Assembly: GCA_043228905.1 (NCBI GenBank)
Contig: JBHGNT010000003.1
Span: 8,866,001-8,930,000, forward strand
Direction: 5' to 3'
Source: Azolla caroliniana
Taxonomy: Eukaryota; Plantae; Polypodiophyta
Length of the DNA stretch: 64,000 nucleotides
A program made the position numbers and the translations under genes. How positions within the stretch are numbered: position 1 is the stretch's first letter; every line of letters begins with the position of its first letter. This document shows, piece after piece, positions 49,526 through 61,575 of this stretch. The notes beneath the pieces are model-generated. The model was not told where the DNA came from. It saw nothing but the letters and a program-made list of their open reading frames with translations, and ran no database searches.

Positions 49526-50481
49526 GCATATCTGCACCATTTCATCATCATCAATGTTAACATTGATCAACTTGAGGGCGTCACACAGCTCCTTGATCTT
49601 CAAGGTGTAACTACTTATTGACATACCCCTCTATTGAATATTGTTCAACTTTTGACAGAGTTGAAGCTTGAGAGTAGCCGTATTGGCCAAAAAGATTTTC
49701 TTGAGGTTCCCCCACGCCTCCTTCGGCATTTTTTCCTCTCGAATGTAGCCGAGCATGTGATCATGTACGCATGATGCAAGGCAATACAGCATACGGCTCG
49801 CAGCCTACTTCCAGGCTGGGTAGTCAGTGTGCGTCAGGTTGGGTTGTGTTTCTTGTGCGCTTTCGATGTAGTCCCAAATAACCTCGGCCGACAAGGTATT
49901 GGTGCATCTTGTATTCCCAAGATGCAAAATTGTTTTTGTCGAGTTTCTTAGTAGGAAGAGTGCTTCCCATCTGAGTATTCATCTTGAGTCTTCTTCTTCT
50001 TCTCTGTGATACACACTATGCAAGTTGTTGCTACAATGATTAGTCGGTTCTTCGTGAACGTAGGCTTAGACACAACAACACATGCGAATAAGCTTGGTTC
50101 AAACTACCAATCACTCTGATACCATGTAAATAAACAAGAGTGATAATGTGCAGTAGAAGTGATATGTGTGTGTGAGAGAAGGAGAGAAATAGAGAGAGCT
50201 CAAGGTATATAGAAAACCCAAGTAAAAACTGTATTAACAAGGAGCAAAATACAAGAATAACCAACAACAACAACAATTACAAGGGAGGTGAGAGAGCACT
50301 TATATAGTCACCTTCCCACTATTCTCTTTCTACAACCATCACTTAACTAAAGAGAGGTGGAGTCTTAACTACACATAGAACTATAAGATTCTATGACACA
50401 CTAGTTACTATAGTAGGTGGTGGGGTGTTCACACATTAGGGTGTGTTCCCACACTAGGGAAGTTGAGTTTGATTCTCAACA
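49526..50481 (-). mobile_element. 5' end of a Ty1/copia: LTR 50125-50481, PBS 50113-50124, degenerate gag
   Basis: TGGTATCAGAG on the - strand next to a TG..CA LTR. The gag resembles that of the 39513 element (EAWGNLKKI, KLQL.Q.LNN). Confidence 0.85.
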
Positions 50482-51166
50482 AAAAGCAACATGAACCCAA
50501 AACACCAACTTGCCTCAATTTTAACCAACTCAAGGAATGAGCATTTCCCCAAGACTATGCTAACAAAATAAATGTCGAAGAGAAAATCCTAGGCACTGAG
50601 GACCTATAATACACTAAGACACCCCCCTAAAGAGCTGAATGTTGCACTTTGACAATAAATCTCTCTTAGGAAGTGTACAAATCAATTGGGAACTTGGAGG
50701 CACAAAACCATAATTTTAACAATATACTAATATTGGTCGTCGATGGATCTTGGATCTATACATCGAAGTGCTTGGTGCTAGCAATGCATGTGAAGAATAG
50801 AATGTGGAATGAGGAATATCAAGATACATGTAGATGTTTAAGAGGTTCGCGAGGAAGGAGGAGGGATTTGTGATGATATCTGGTCAAGTTTGAAAGGAGA
50901 GGTGCATAGGTTGGTCATAGGAACATACAAGTGGTTTGTGGGTGGGGGGAACCCCCTTGCATGTTGGATAACTAGATTCAGGTCGGGCTTTGGCATGAAT
51001 ATGAGAAGGCACTCAATGTATAAGCAACACACATGAAGACACCCATGTTGTTTCACTTCATTAGAGTTAAGTTATGCAATTGATTGGTATGAGCGCTTGA
51101 CGCATGCTTGTGATAGACACAGTCGGTGTAGCAACTTCTGCTTACACACACACAGGGCTGACTAGA

Positions 51167-51221
51167 TGTATGTATGTATGTATGTATGTATGTATGTATG
51201 TATGTATGTATGTATGTATGT
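51167..51221. repeat. (ATGT)n microsatellite
   Basis: Read directly. Confidence 0.95.
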
Positions 51222-51789
51222 GCCCCCCACAACTTAACAAGTTCCACAAGGCACATACATACACACCATTCTACTTGATCGATTTTCTTGAAGATGCAAT
51301 GGGTTTAATGTCCCACATATAAAGGCATTCATAAAACTGAAGCTTTTATATAAGCCATGAGTAGAGGTGTCCTATCACGACTATACTTGAACAGGATCTG
51401 TTCTATAGTTCGTACCTCTTGTGTGAGCAATTCTCTGCTCAGACAATGCCTGCACTACTCGGAAGATGAAGTATGTGCTCCATCTGCCAGAGCGCGAATA
51501 CACTCAAATCTCTCCTTCCTCTCACCAGAGGAAGAAGAGGCTGTTGATGACCGTCCTGCAGCGTGAATAATTCCCACCTGCAGTGAAGGCGGATGAGCGA
51601 TCTGACGAGTTCCTTTTTTGTTTTCGTTTAATTTTAATGATTCCTTCTTCTTTTGCAAAATTGCACCAATCGAAATGGAGAAGGTAAAGGGTGGATGAGC
51701 GACCTCACGAGATATCTTTCTGTGATATCAATTCACTGTATGTGCTAGTAAAAAGAAATGGAACAAAGATACTACTACTTTCCTGGGAT

Positions 51790-52740
51790 GGCCCCTCCTT
51801 CCATGGCCTGAGCCTTGGAATACTACTGGCAGGCTCTTGTAATGTATGTTGTACTGGAATGTATGGGAAAACCAAGGAAACCTGCTACCTCTCTCTTTGG
51901 CGTATGTGCTAGGAATGAGAAGGAACAGAACAGGATCCCATATTCCTTTAATTGCCTTTCCTTGGCTTTTGGAATTCTGGCATACTCTTGTAATTTATGT
52001 TGTATTGGAATGTATGGGAAACCAAGGGAAACCTGATACCACTCTCTTGGTGTATGGGCAAGGAAAGAAAAGGAACAGGATACCACTTTACTGCGATTGC
52101 CTTTGCTTGGCCTGGAATTCTGGTATGCTCTTGTAATGTCTGTTCTACTGCCATATATGGGTTTGCTAGGACATCAAGGGAATGTGATACCACTCTCTAT
52201 GGTGTAAACAAAAATTCCCCAGCCTTGACTGTTGGGCATGCGATATAGCAAGCAACAGAATTAGCATCATCCATTGTGTGTGTACTAGGCACACATGATG
52301 CTACACCTGTACGAAAACACAACTTTGGAGTTGTGGATGGATCTCCAAATTCGGATCAAGATCCAATGCATGAACGAAATTCTGGTACATTTCTTGTAAT
52401 GTATGTTGGTAATGGCATTGATGGGTTAGGGAAGAAAGAGAACTCAATACTACTCTCCTATCATGTGCTGTTCCCAACCTCAGATTGTTGTGTGCCCTCA
52501 GAATGTATGCTTGTACTATCATGTCTGGGTTATGAAACAAAGGGAACATGAGACTGCTCCCCTCATACAACCTTTTCTCAAACCGAAACACTGGCCCGTT
52601 CTTATAATGTATCTTGATATTGTTCCTGTATGGTTTATTCTGAAACAAAGGGAACACGATGCTATTGTAATGGTTCTTTATGCCACAGTTGATGGGTTAG
52701 GAAGCCTACAGAACATGCTACTACCATACTCCCCTAGTAT
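51790..52740. repeat. Degenerate ~150-bp tandem repeat
   Basis: Recurrent ctcttgtaat.tatgttgta.tggaatgtatggga..ccaagg.aacctg.tacc at ~51834 and ~51984, with weaker copies at ~52128 and ~52392. Confidence 0.7.
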
Positions 52741-53329
52741 GCCCTTTTCTGTCTCCAAAATCCTAGCATGTCCTCTGCTGCCTATTTCAAGCAGAAATAA
52801 AAGCCTGTATATGTGGCAGATGACCTTTGGTTACCCTACTAGCTGCCCACTAAATTTGGATCAGCGATTCAACCGATTCGCCCATGCTTACACTAAAATT
52901 GGTGTTTTGGCAGTGTTTCAAATCAAAAGGTACGCACGCATAATAGTCCACCATTTCTTGCTCTACTTGTGATGGAGAGTATCATCGGCATGTTGACAGA
53001 TCGAAGTGTAAACCAAATAGAGGAAACCACACCACAAGGTTACTTAGAAAATGTACCATGAGCTGTAATACTATACCAAGTCAGTAAATTCCAATAAATT
53101 GAGTAAGCTGTATTTGTCAGTGCTTCGTATTGGTTATCAATGTAGTAGGATAAGGATAAGGACAAAGAGAAGGCCAATGTGGCCTCTTGTGTCATCATTT
53201 GAGGAGCCTTTAGATGCAGAAGATATTCTTTGTGTTACTATGGCAACAGATCATCGTGAAGTTAATGGTGCATCTGTTTTTATTCATGCACAGGATATGT
53301 AGATTACAAAGACTGATCTAATTGACACC

Positions 53330-56300
53330 TTGCTTACTCTGAATGATGGGCAGTCACAAACATTGATTGTGGATTCAGGTGCATCATTTCATGTTACTCC
53401 CATTAAGGAGTGTTTTACTGCATTTCATGCAAGCAATCATGGACATGTATATCGTGTAAACAACCATGCTTTGTCTATTGAAGGTATTGGCACAATGCAT
53501 CTCACATTGAGTGGTATAATGAGTTGGTTTTGCATTATGTAAGATATGTACCAAGCATCAATAAAAGTGTATTGTCTGTTGAACAAATGGATATGCATGG
53601 ATATATTACTCTCCTTAAGAAATGGTCATGAAAGCGTATCAAAGGCTCTAGGCTAATTGTTAAAGGTATGAAGAAAAGGGACTCTGTATTGCTTGCATGG
53701 TAAAGCTTTGATGGGCAAGTTTATTGCTTTGGCTGAAATCCATTCACATAAGGAATTATGGCATAAAAAGCTTGGTCACATGAGCCAAAAAGACCTTGAT
53801 AAACTATATAACATGGACCAGTTTGATGCTAAAGGCTCAAAACGTGATTTTTGTAATGAATGTCAATATGGTAAGCAAGTAAAGAATTCCTACTACTCTG
53901 GTGTCTCATGTAAGCCTAATTTGCTTGATCTAGTTCATTTTGATGTTTGCAACATGCCCACCAAATCTATGGGGGTTGCTCTTTATATTTTTTTGTTTTG
54001 TTCATGACTAATCTAAGAAGCTTTGGGTATATTTGTTAAAATCTAAGGATAAAGCTTTTGTTGCATCCAAGAATTTTCTTGCATTTGTGACCACTCAAAC
54101 AAGTAGAAAGCTGAAATGCTTACACACAGATAATTGGGCGAGTTTACAAGTGCTGAATTTAATAGATTGGGAAAATCTTGGTATTAAGAGGGAGCTAATA
54201 GTCCCATACAACCCTCTTCCAATGGTGTGGTTGAAAGGTATAACAGGACTTTATGTGAGAGGGTGAGATGCATGTTGTCCACAGTTAATCTCCTGCATGG
54301 AGTTTGAGGAGAGGTGTTAAAAATTGTGGTTCATGTTTGCAATAGATCCCCTCATATGTGCTGAAAAGTGGCATTCCTAATGAGGTTTGGTTTGGCAAGG
54401 CAACTTCATATGGCCACCATGCATCTTTAGTTGTGATGGTTTGCGCATATAAGGCCTGAGTTGAGAAGCAAGTTAGATGCAAAGTTCATGAAAGGAATCT
54501 TTATGGGTTATGGAGATGAAGGTGAAATGGGCTACACAATTTGGCTACCACAACTCAAGAAGGTAATACGTAGACGAGATGTATTTAATGAGGCAAGTTT
54601 GGTAAAAAAATGATTGTGTCTGTAAGTGTGAGCATAAAAGAGTCAAATTTCAGAATGTGCAACCAAAAGTTAAATATGATATGAACCCTCGGGATGCACC
54701 AAGTTTGGCTGGAAATAATAATGAGCCAATGGTTATATAGCCAGATGATGTTGGATAACAAAATGATGCTTCTGATGGGCATATGCAACTACCTATTCAT
54801 GATGAAACAAGGTTGGAAATGATGTACAACAACCCATTAACGATGAAGATGTCAATGTACCGCGTGATGTAGATCCATTACCGAATAATGGGGATTATCG
54901 GGTAAAAAGATCTACACGGCTTAGGAGGCAAGTGAATAGATATGACCCCTTTATACATTACATTATGTTTTCAGATGAAGGTGAGCCTCTTACTTGTAAA
55001 CAAGCAAAACTATGTCAACAGAAGAAGAAGTGGGAGTTAGCCATGCAGGAAGAGATAACGCCTTGCATGAAAATGATACTTGGGATTTGGTCAAGTTGCT
55101 CAAAGGTTGGAAGGCCATTCTAAACAAGTGGGTATACAAAATCAAAACTGTTGATGGCAAACCCAAGTATAAGGCAAGGTTGGTTGCTAAGGGATATGCC
55201 TAAAACCCCTCTTTCCAAGATGTTTTCTCTCTAGTGGTTAAAATGATTACACAATGTGTTTGGTTGCGCTCACAACCGCCTTGGATTTGGATTTATTCCA
55301 AATGGATATTAATATTAAAACAACCTTTTTGCATGGTGATTTAGACAAAGAGTTGTATATGAAACAACTAGAAGGATATGTTATTCCTGGAAAAGAGAAT
55401 CTGGTATGCAAGTTGAAAAGGAGCTTATATGGGCTAAAACAGGCCCTCAAGCAATGGTATAAGAAGTTTGATGCATTATGCTCAAACATGGGTTCAAAAG
55501 AAGTCATGCAAACCACTGTTTGTACACCAAAAAGGATGAAGATGGCAACCCAATTATTCTTGTATTGTATGTAGATGATATGTTGCTCGTTAGGAAGAAA
55601 AAGAGCGTACTTAATGGTCGAAAACAATAGTTGACTTTGCATTCTTAATGAAAGACCTTGAGGAACCTGAGCATATTCTTGGTATGCTAATAAAAAGGGA
55701 TATGTAGCAATATACTTTGCATTTATCCCAAGAAAAGTACATTGAAAAAGTGTTGGATAGATTTAATGTGGCTGATGTTAAGTCTCTTGTGAGTACCACT
55801 ACAACCACATGTTCAGTTTTCCAAGGATGAATGTCCCAAAGATGATGGTGCAGCCAATTACATGAAGAATGTTCCATATGCATCAACTTCTAGTTCACTT
55901 ATGTATGTTATGGTTGCCACTCAACAATAAATTGTTCATGCAGTCGAAGTTGTTAGCAGGTTCATGGCTAATCTTGGTAGAGCTCATTGGGAGGCAATCA
56001 AGTCTATCTTGAGATATTTGAAAGGGACCAAAGGTAAATTGTTATGTTATGGAAAGGGTCCATTAGAGTTAAACGGATTTTGTGATTCAGGCAAGGAAAG
56101 TGAGGTGGATACACGCAAGTCCACAAGTGGCTATGCATACCCCCTTGCAGGTGGAGCTATTTCATGGTGCTCTATACTTCAAAGGATAGTTGCATTATCT
56201 ACTATAGAGGTTGAATATATCGACCACTGAGGCTTCCAAAGAAGCCATTTGGTTAGCCCGCTTGTTTAGTGAGTTCAGGATGCTTGAAAAAGACACTTGT

Positions 56301-56895
56301 TCTTGGATGTGATAGCTAGAGTGCCATATGTTTGGCAAAGAATGCAATGTTTCATGCTCACACAAAGCATATTGATGTGAGATAGCACTTCACCAGAGAA
56401 GCGCTAGAGGATGACCTAATCACTTTGATCAAGGTCAATACTTAACGGATTTCTACAAATGGTCTCACAAAGTTTCTACCCAAGGCACAATATCAGCTAT
56501 GTATACAGATGGTGGGAGTTACTTAGCTTAAAGGATCCTCCTTGGTCCTTTAAGTGGGAGGTTGTTGGTGATGAAGGCCCTAACGACTCTCCTTTTTTGT
56601 ATATTTTGACCTTTCCATGTGAAAGCTCCCTCAGAGAGCTTTCTAGACACATCTTTCCTATCATTTTGGCCCCAATTTGGGGGTTATAGGCAATAACGAG
56701 AAGTTGTCTTATATTTTATCGTGCACTCAATGTGTGGTTTTACTTGATTGAAGTTAACCTATTTTGGCCTTAACATGGTAGATTAAAGACCTCTTCTTAA
56801 TTTATCTTTTTGATCCCTTAAACTCACATTGTCTCCATTCCCACATAAAGGCTCAATGCTTGTTTTGCAAAGTGTGCAACACACACGCCTCAACA
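53330..56895 (+). mobile_element. Heavily degenerate Ty1/copia pol with PPT (~56551) and 3' LTR (~56563-56895)
   Basis: IVDSGASFHVT, LWHKKLGHMS, KWVYKIK..YKARLVAKGY, LKRSLYGLKQ, YVDD and RKSTSGY. Confidence 0.88.
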
Positions 56896-57198
56896 ATGCT
56901 ATATTTGATAGCCCTAACTTTTGTACATAGCTAGCTTACACCCATCCTTTGTTTGCACCAACCCCACATTTGTTCCACTCTCATGCCAATGGCCTTGGGC
57001 CGAGATTATCTCAAGTCAAAGGATGCATTTGAGCCTCTTTTTCAATTGGTCAAATTTCCCTTTTTCCTCCCACAGTTCCATAGAGATGATTCAATTGAAA
57101 AATGAGAAGGCACATTTGTTCAATAATATACATTGGTATGTCACAATAGGAGGGAGAAAATACAAAGATTGCTCATATTTACATGAGGAGAAAGTTCC

Positions 57199-57718
57199 TC
57201 TTTATAAAGGCCAAGATCTGGCCGTTGGGTTAACTAGCTATTGGAGCTAACTAGCCGTTGGGCTAGCCGCTATAACTTTTAATCATTCAACACTCCCTCT
57301 CAAGATGGGCGAAAAATATCCACTAAGCCCATCTTGTCACACAATCTAGTAAGACTTACTTGCTCAAGTCCCTTTATAAAGGCCAAGATCTGGCCGTTGG
57401 GTTAACTAGCTATTGGAGCTAACTAGCCGTTGGGCTAGCCGCTATAACTTTTAATCATTCAACACTCCCTCTCAAGATGGGCGAAAAATATCCACTAAGC
57501 CCATCTTGTCACACAATCTAGTAAGACTTACTTGCTCAAGTCCCTTTATAAAGGCCAAGATCTGGCCGTTGGGTTAACTAGCTATTGGAGCTAACTAGCC
57601 GTTGGGCTAGCCGCTATAACTTTTAATCATTCAACACTCCCTCTCAAGATGGACGAAAAATATCCACTAAGCCCATCTTGTCACACAATCTAGTAAGACT
57701 TACTTGCTCAAGTCCCTT
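57199..57718. repeat. Three-copy 172-bp tandem repeat covering the RNase H end, PPT and U3 of the 3' LTR
   Basis: ctttataaaggccaagatctgg...ttgctcaagtcc repeats at ~57200, 57372 and 57544. Confidence 0.95.
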
Positions 57719-60700
57719 TGTAAGACAATCTGCTACTTGATGTTCAGTAGAAACATGACTCAATTTTAATATTCCATTATCAAGCTTCTCCTTGATAAAG
57801 AATCTGTCAATTTCGATGTACTTGGTCCTATCATGTTGTACCGGATTGTTGGCAATGTTGATTGCTAACTTATTGTCACACCACAACATCATCTGATTTT
57901 TTTGATTCACCTTTAGTTCTACTAAGAGAGTTCTCATCCATAACATCTCCGCAACTCCTACAACAATAGCTCTATACTCTGTGTCGTTTGTTGACCTTGC
58001 TACTACTGATTGTTTCTTGCTCTTCCAAGAGATCAGATTTCCCCCAACAAACATGCAGTATCTTGATGTGGATTTCCTATCATCAGCACAACTAGCCCAA
58101 TTTGAATCACAATAGCCCTCAATGTTAGAATGACCATGTTTTCTAAAGATCAATCCCTTCCCCAAGGCACCTTTGAGATATCTCAAAATATGGTACACTG
58201 CATCCATATGACCTTTCCTCGAATCATGCATGTAGCGACTTACCACACTTACTGCAAATGAAATAGTTGGATGGGTGTGAGTAAAATAAATCAGCCAACC
58301 CACCAATCTTTGATACCTTTCACGATCAACTTTCTCTCCTACAAGTTCAGTTAACTTGATCTTTTGGTCAATTGGAGAAGCTACGGGCCTACAACCCAAC
58401 ATTCCAGTTTTTGTGAGAAGGTCTAATACATATTTTCATTGAGATAGAACAACTTCTTCTGCTCCACGAGCTACCTCAATTCCAAGAAAGGATCGTAGCA
58501 ATCCTAAATCCTTCACATCAAACTCTTTACCCAATTTCATCTTCAGTTGCGCAATTTCTCCTTCATCGTTACCCGTGATAATTATATCATCCACATACAC
58601 AACAAGTAATGTAGTATGCTCCTTGTGTTGTTGAAAGAACACTGTATGGTCTGCATTCGTCTGTTGGTATCCCATACCCACCATAGCCCTTCTTAACCTA
58701 TCAAACCAGGCTCGAGGAGATTGCTTTAGTCCATAAAGCGGCTTCCTTAGTCTGTAAACCTTACCTACTGTTTGAATTGTACCAAAACCTGGGGGGACAT
58801 CCATGTACACTTCCTCCATCAACTCTCCATGAAGGAATGCATTTTTTACATCTAATTGATGTAATTTCCAATCCTTATTCACTGTTAAGGAAATAAGCAT
58901 TCTAACAATGCTCATCTTCGCTACAGGTGCAAAAGTCTCATCGTAGGCAATGCCATATATCTGACTATATCCTTTACCCACCAATCGTGCCTTGTATCGA
59001 TCTATTTTTCCCTTTGGGGTTTGTTTTATTGTAAATACCCATTTGTACCCAACAGCCTTCTTTCCTTGTGGTAGTGACACGATCTCCCAAGTTTTGTTCT
59101 TCTCAAGAGCTCTGAGTTCTTCTTGCATGGCTGCTTTCCATTTTGGATCTTCTTTAGCAGCTTGCCAACACTTGGGTAAAGTGACAGAGTTTAATGATGC
59201 AAATGAATGCTCTATGTGTAGGTGATATGTTAGAACAAGAGATAAACTGAGCAATATCATGAAGAAAACCATAACAATCAGGAGGAACTCCTGCATTACT
59301 GCGAGAGGTCCTCCTAAGTCCTAACCTCTATTGGAGAAGGAGAGGAAATCATATTACCTGTGATTTCTGGGTTTGGGAGTTCTATAGGTATTTCAGAAGT
59401 TGAGGTAGGTCGGGATATGGAACTTGATGGTACAAGTGGCATTGAAGACATGTTCATATTTCCTTCTTTCTGCCTCCTCTTCCTTGTATACACCTTTAGC
59501 TCCCCCTCAGCTTGAGTCCCAACACATATAAGTTCCACGTCTTCTTTTCCTTCTTCTTCCTTATCTCCTATGCTCACTTGTTTCTCAGTTGATGTAGGGA
59601 TCAACAAGGGAATTGATCCTATTTTTAGCAACCTCTCACCATTATCTCCTTCCCCCATATTTTCAGTCTCAATTAAGTCATCAAAGGGTGAAGTTACCTC
59701 TTGTTTATAATATGGCTCTGACTCTCTGAAATGAACATCCATGCTCACAAATAATCTCTTCTCTACTGGACTCTAGCAAATATAGCCTTTTTGTGTGACA
59801 GAGTATCCCACAAATACACATTTCACAGCTCTAGGATCAAGTTTTCTTATAGATGGTCTATTTTCCTTTATAAAACACACACATCCAAACACCTTCAAAT
59901 GAAGGATTCCAAAGTTATTGCCTTGCAACAACTCACATGGAGACTTCCACTCCAATACTCTAGAGGGCATCAATTGATCAATGTGGCAACCGTCAAAACT
60001 GCCTATCCCCACAACTGCTTTGGGACATTCATAGAAAACATCATGCTTCTTGTTACCTCTAGAAGATGTCTATTCTTCCTCTTTCCTACTCCATTTTGTT
60101 TTGGTGTATATGGGCATGTAGTTTGATGTTGTATTCCTTGATTTGAGAGGTATGCCCTAAATGTGATGTTTGCATACTCTGTTCCATTATCAAACATAAA
60201 CACTTTTACTATTGCACCATATTGACTTTGAACTACTCTATGAAAATCTTTAAAACAAGCAAATACTTCATTCTTTTTCCTCATCAAATATAACCAAGTC
60301 ACACGAGAGAAGAGAGACAAAATATTGATATCCATTAATAGAACTTGTGGAACATGGTCCCCAAACATCTGAGTGTATGACATCAAATGCATGGGAACTC
60401 CTATGACCTGAACTAGCATATGAGCTTTTAATAAGCTTACCAAATTCACATGCATCACAAACAAGTTTTGCTTTATTAGCCTTTTCAAAAAGGTGTAGAT
60501 ACACCCGACTCAAAACACCATAAGAGGTATGTCCCATACGTTGGTGGTAAAGTATCAACAACTCCTCATAACTCATTTTAGATCCCCTTACATATGTTCC
60601 CTCTACCATAAATGATAATGTTGAATCCAACCCTTCACGATCCAAATACCATAGTCCACTATGCCATGTGCCATATGCCATGTGCCATGTCTCCGACCTG

Positions 60701-61142
60701 TCCCTTTCTCCTGGAATATCACCTTGGGAATATCAAAAGAAACAACACATTTAGTTGGTGTATGATAGAACTTATGGATAATAGGTTTACTAGGAAAGAA
60801 GGAGCATGCAACGTATTAGACAAAGTCACAGAGTCGGTACATTTTACTGTACCTATACCCACTACAAGTTGTGTTGTAGTGTCAACAATTTGAATGCTCT
60901 CTGGCATTGCTAGGTGAGTATACATGGTGAGCATTACCCGTCACATGCCTAGATGCACTAGAATCAATTATCCATTCTGGTGCATAGGAGTATTTGCGTT
61001 GCTAGTACTTGTGGCCGAATAAGCATAGGTAGCAATGTTACCTCTTGACATGAATGAAGTATCATTTGCGGCTTTTTGCTTCCTCCTAAGCATATCTAAG
61101 AGAGCTTGATCCTCTTTATTGAACACCACCTTAGTTCCTTCC

Positions 61143-61575
61143 TGTTAACTCTTCGGGCCGGACAATGGCCTAACACAGGGTGTCTACGTGAGACACTTCA
61201 CCAAAGGGTGTTACGGCAACCGGATTAGACTTCAACGCTTAATCCGACTTAGTTAAGTTACTTATTAGGATCGTCTTCATAACGCGCATAAGATATAACA
61301 ATTAAGATAGAACGACAATTGACACAGAGATATAACAACGCTTAAGCTTTCATTAATTAACCGCTAACTATTACATTGTATCCGGGCCTTTAAATAGGTT
61401 TCTGGTTTGTATTACAAAACGGTGCCATCCGCACCTGTTCGGGATCGGTCCGGATCCGGAACGGCATACCGATTCCGGTCCGTCCGTCCACACTCATAGC
61501 TTAATTACAACCACATTCCTACTACTTAATTAGCTCTCCGTTTCCCACTCTGGACTCCTTTGCCGGCCGGTAACA
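61143..61575. mobile_element. Solo LTR (433 bp) inserted in the copia gag-protease region
   Basis: TGTTA...TAACA termini with TSD CTTCC at 61138-61142 and 61576-61580. Confidence 0.9.

Noticed and set aside
51691-52972. Cluster of short ORFs
   Set aside because: They derive from a degenerate tandem repeat and have no recognisable domain.
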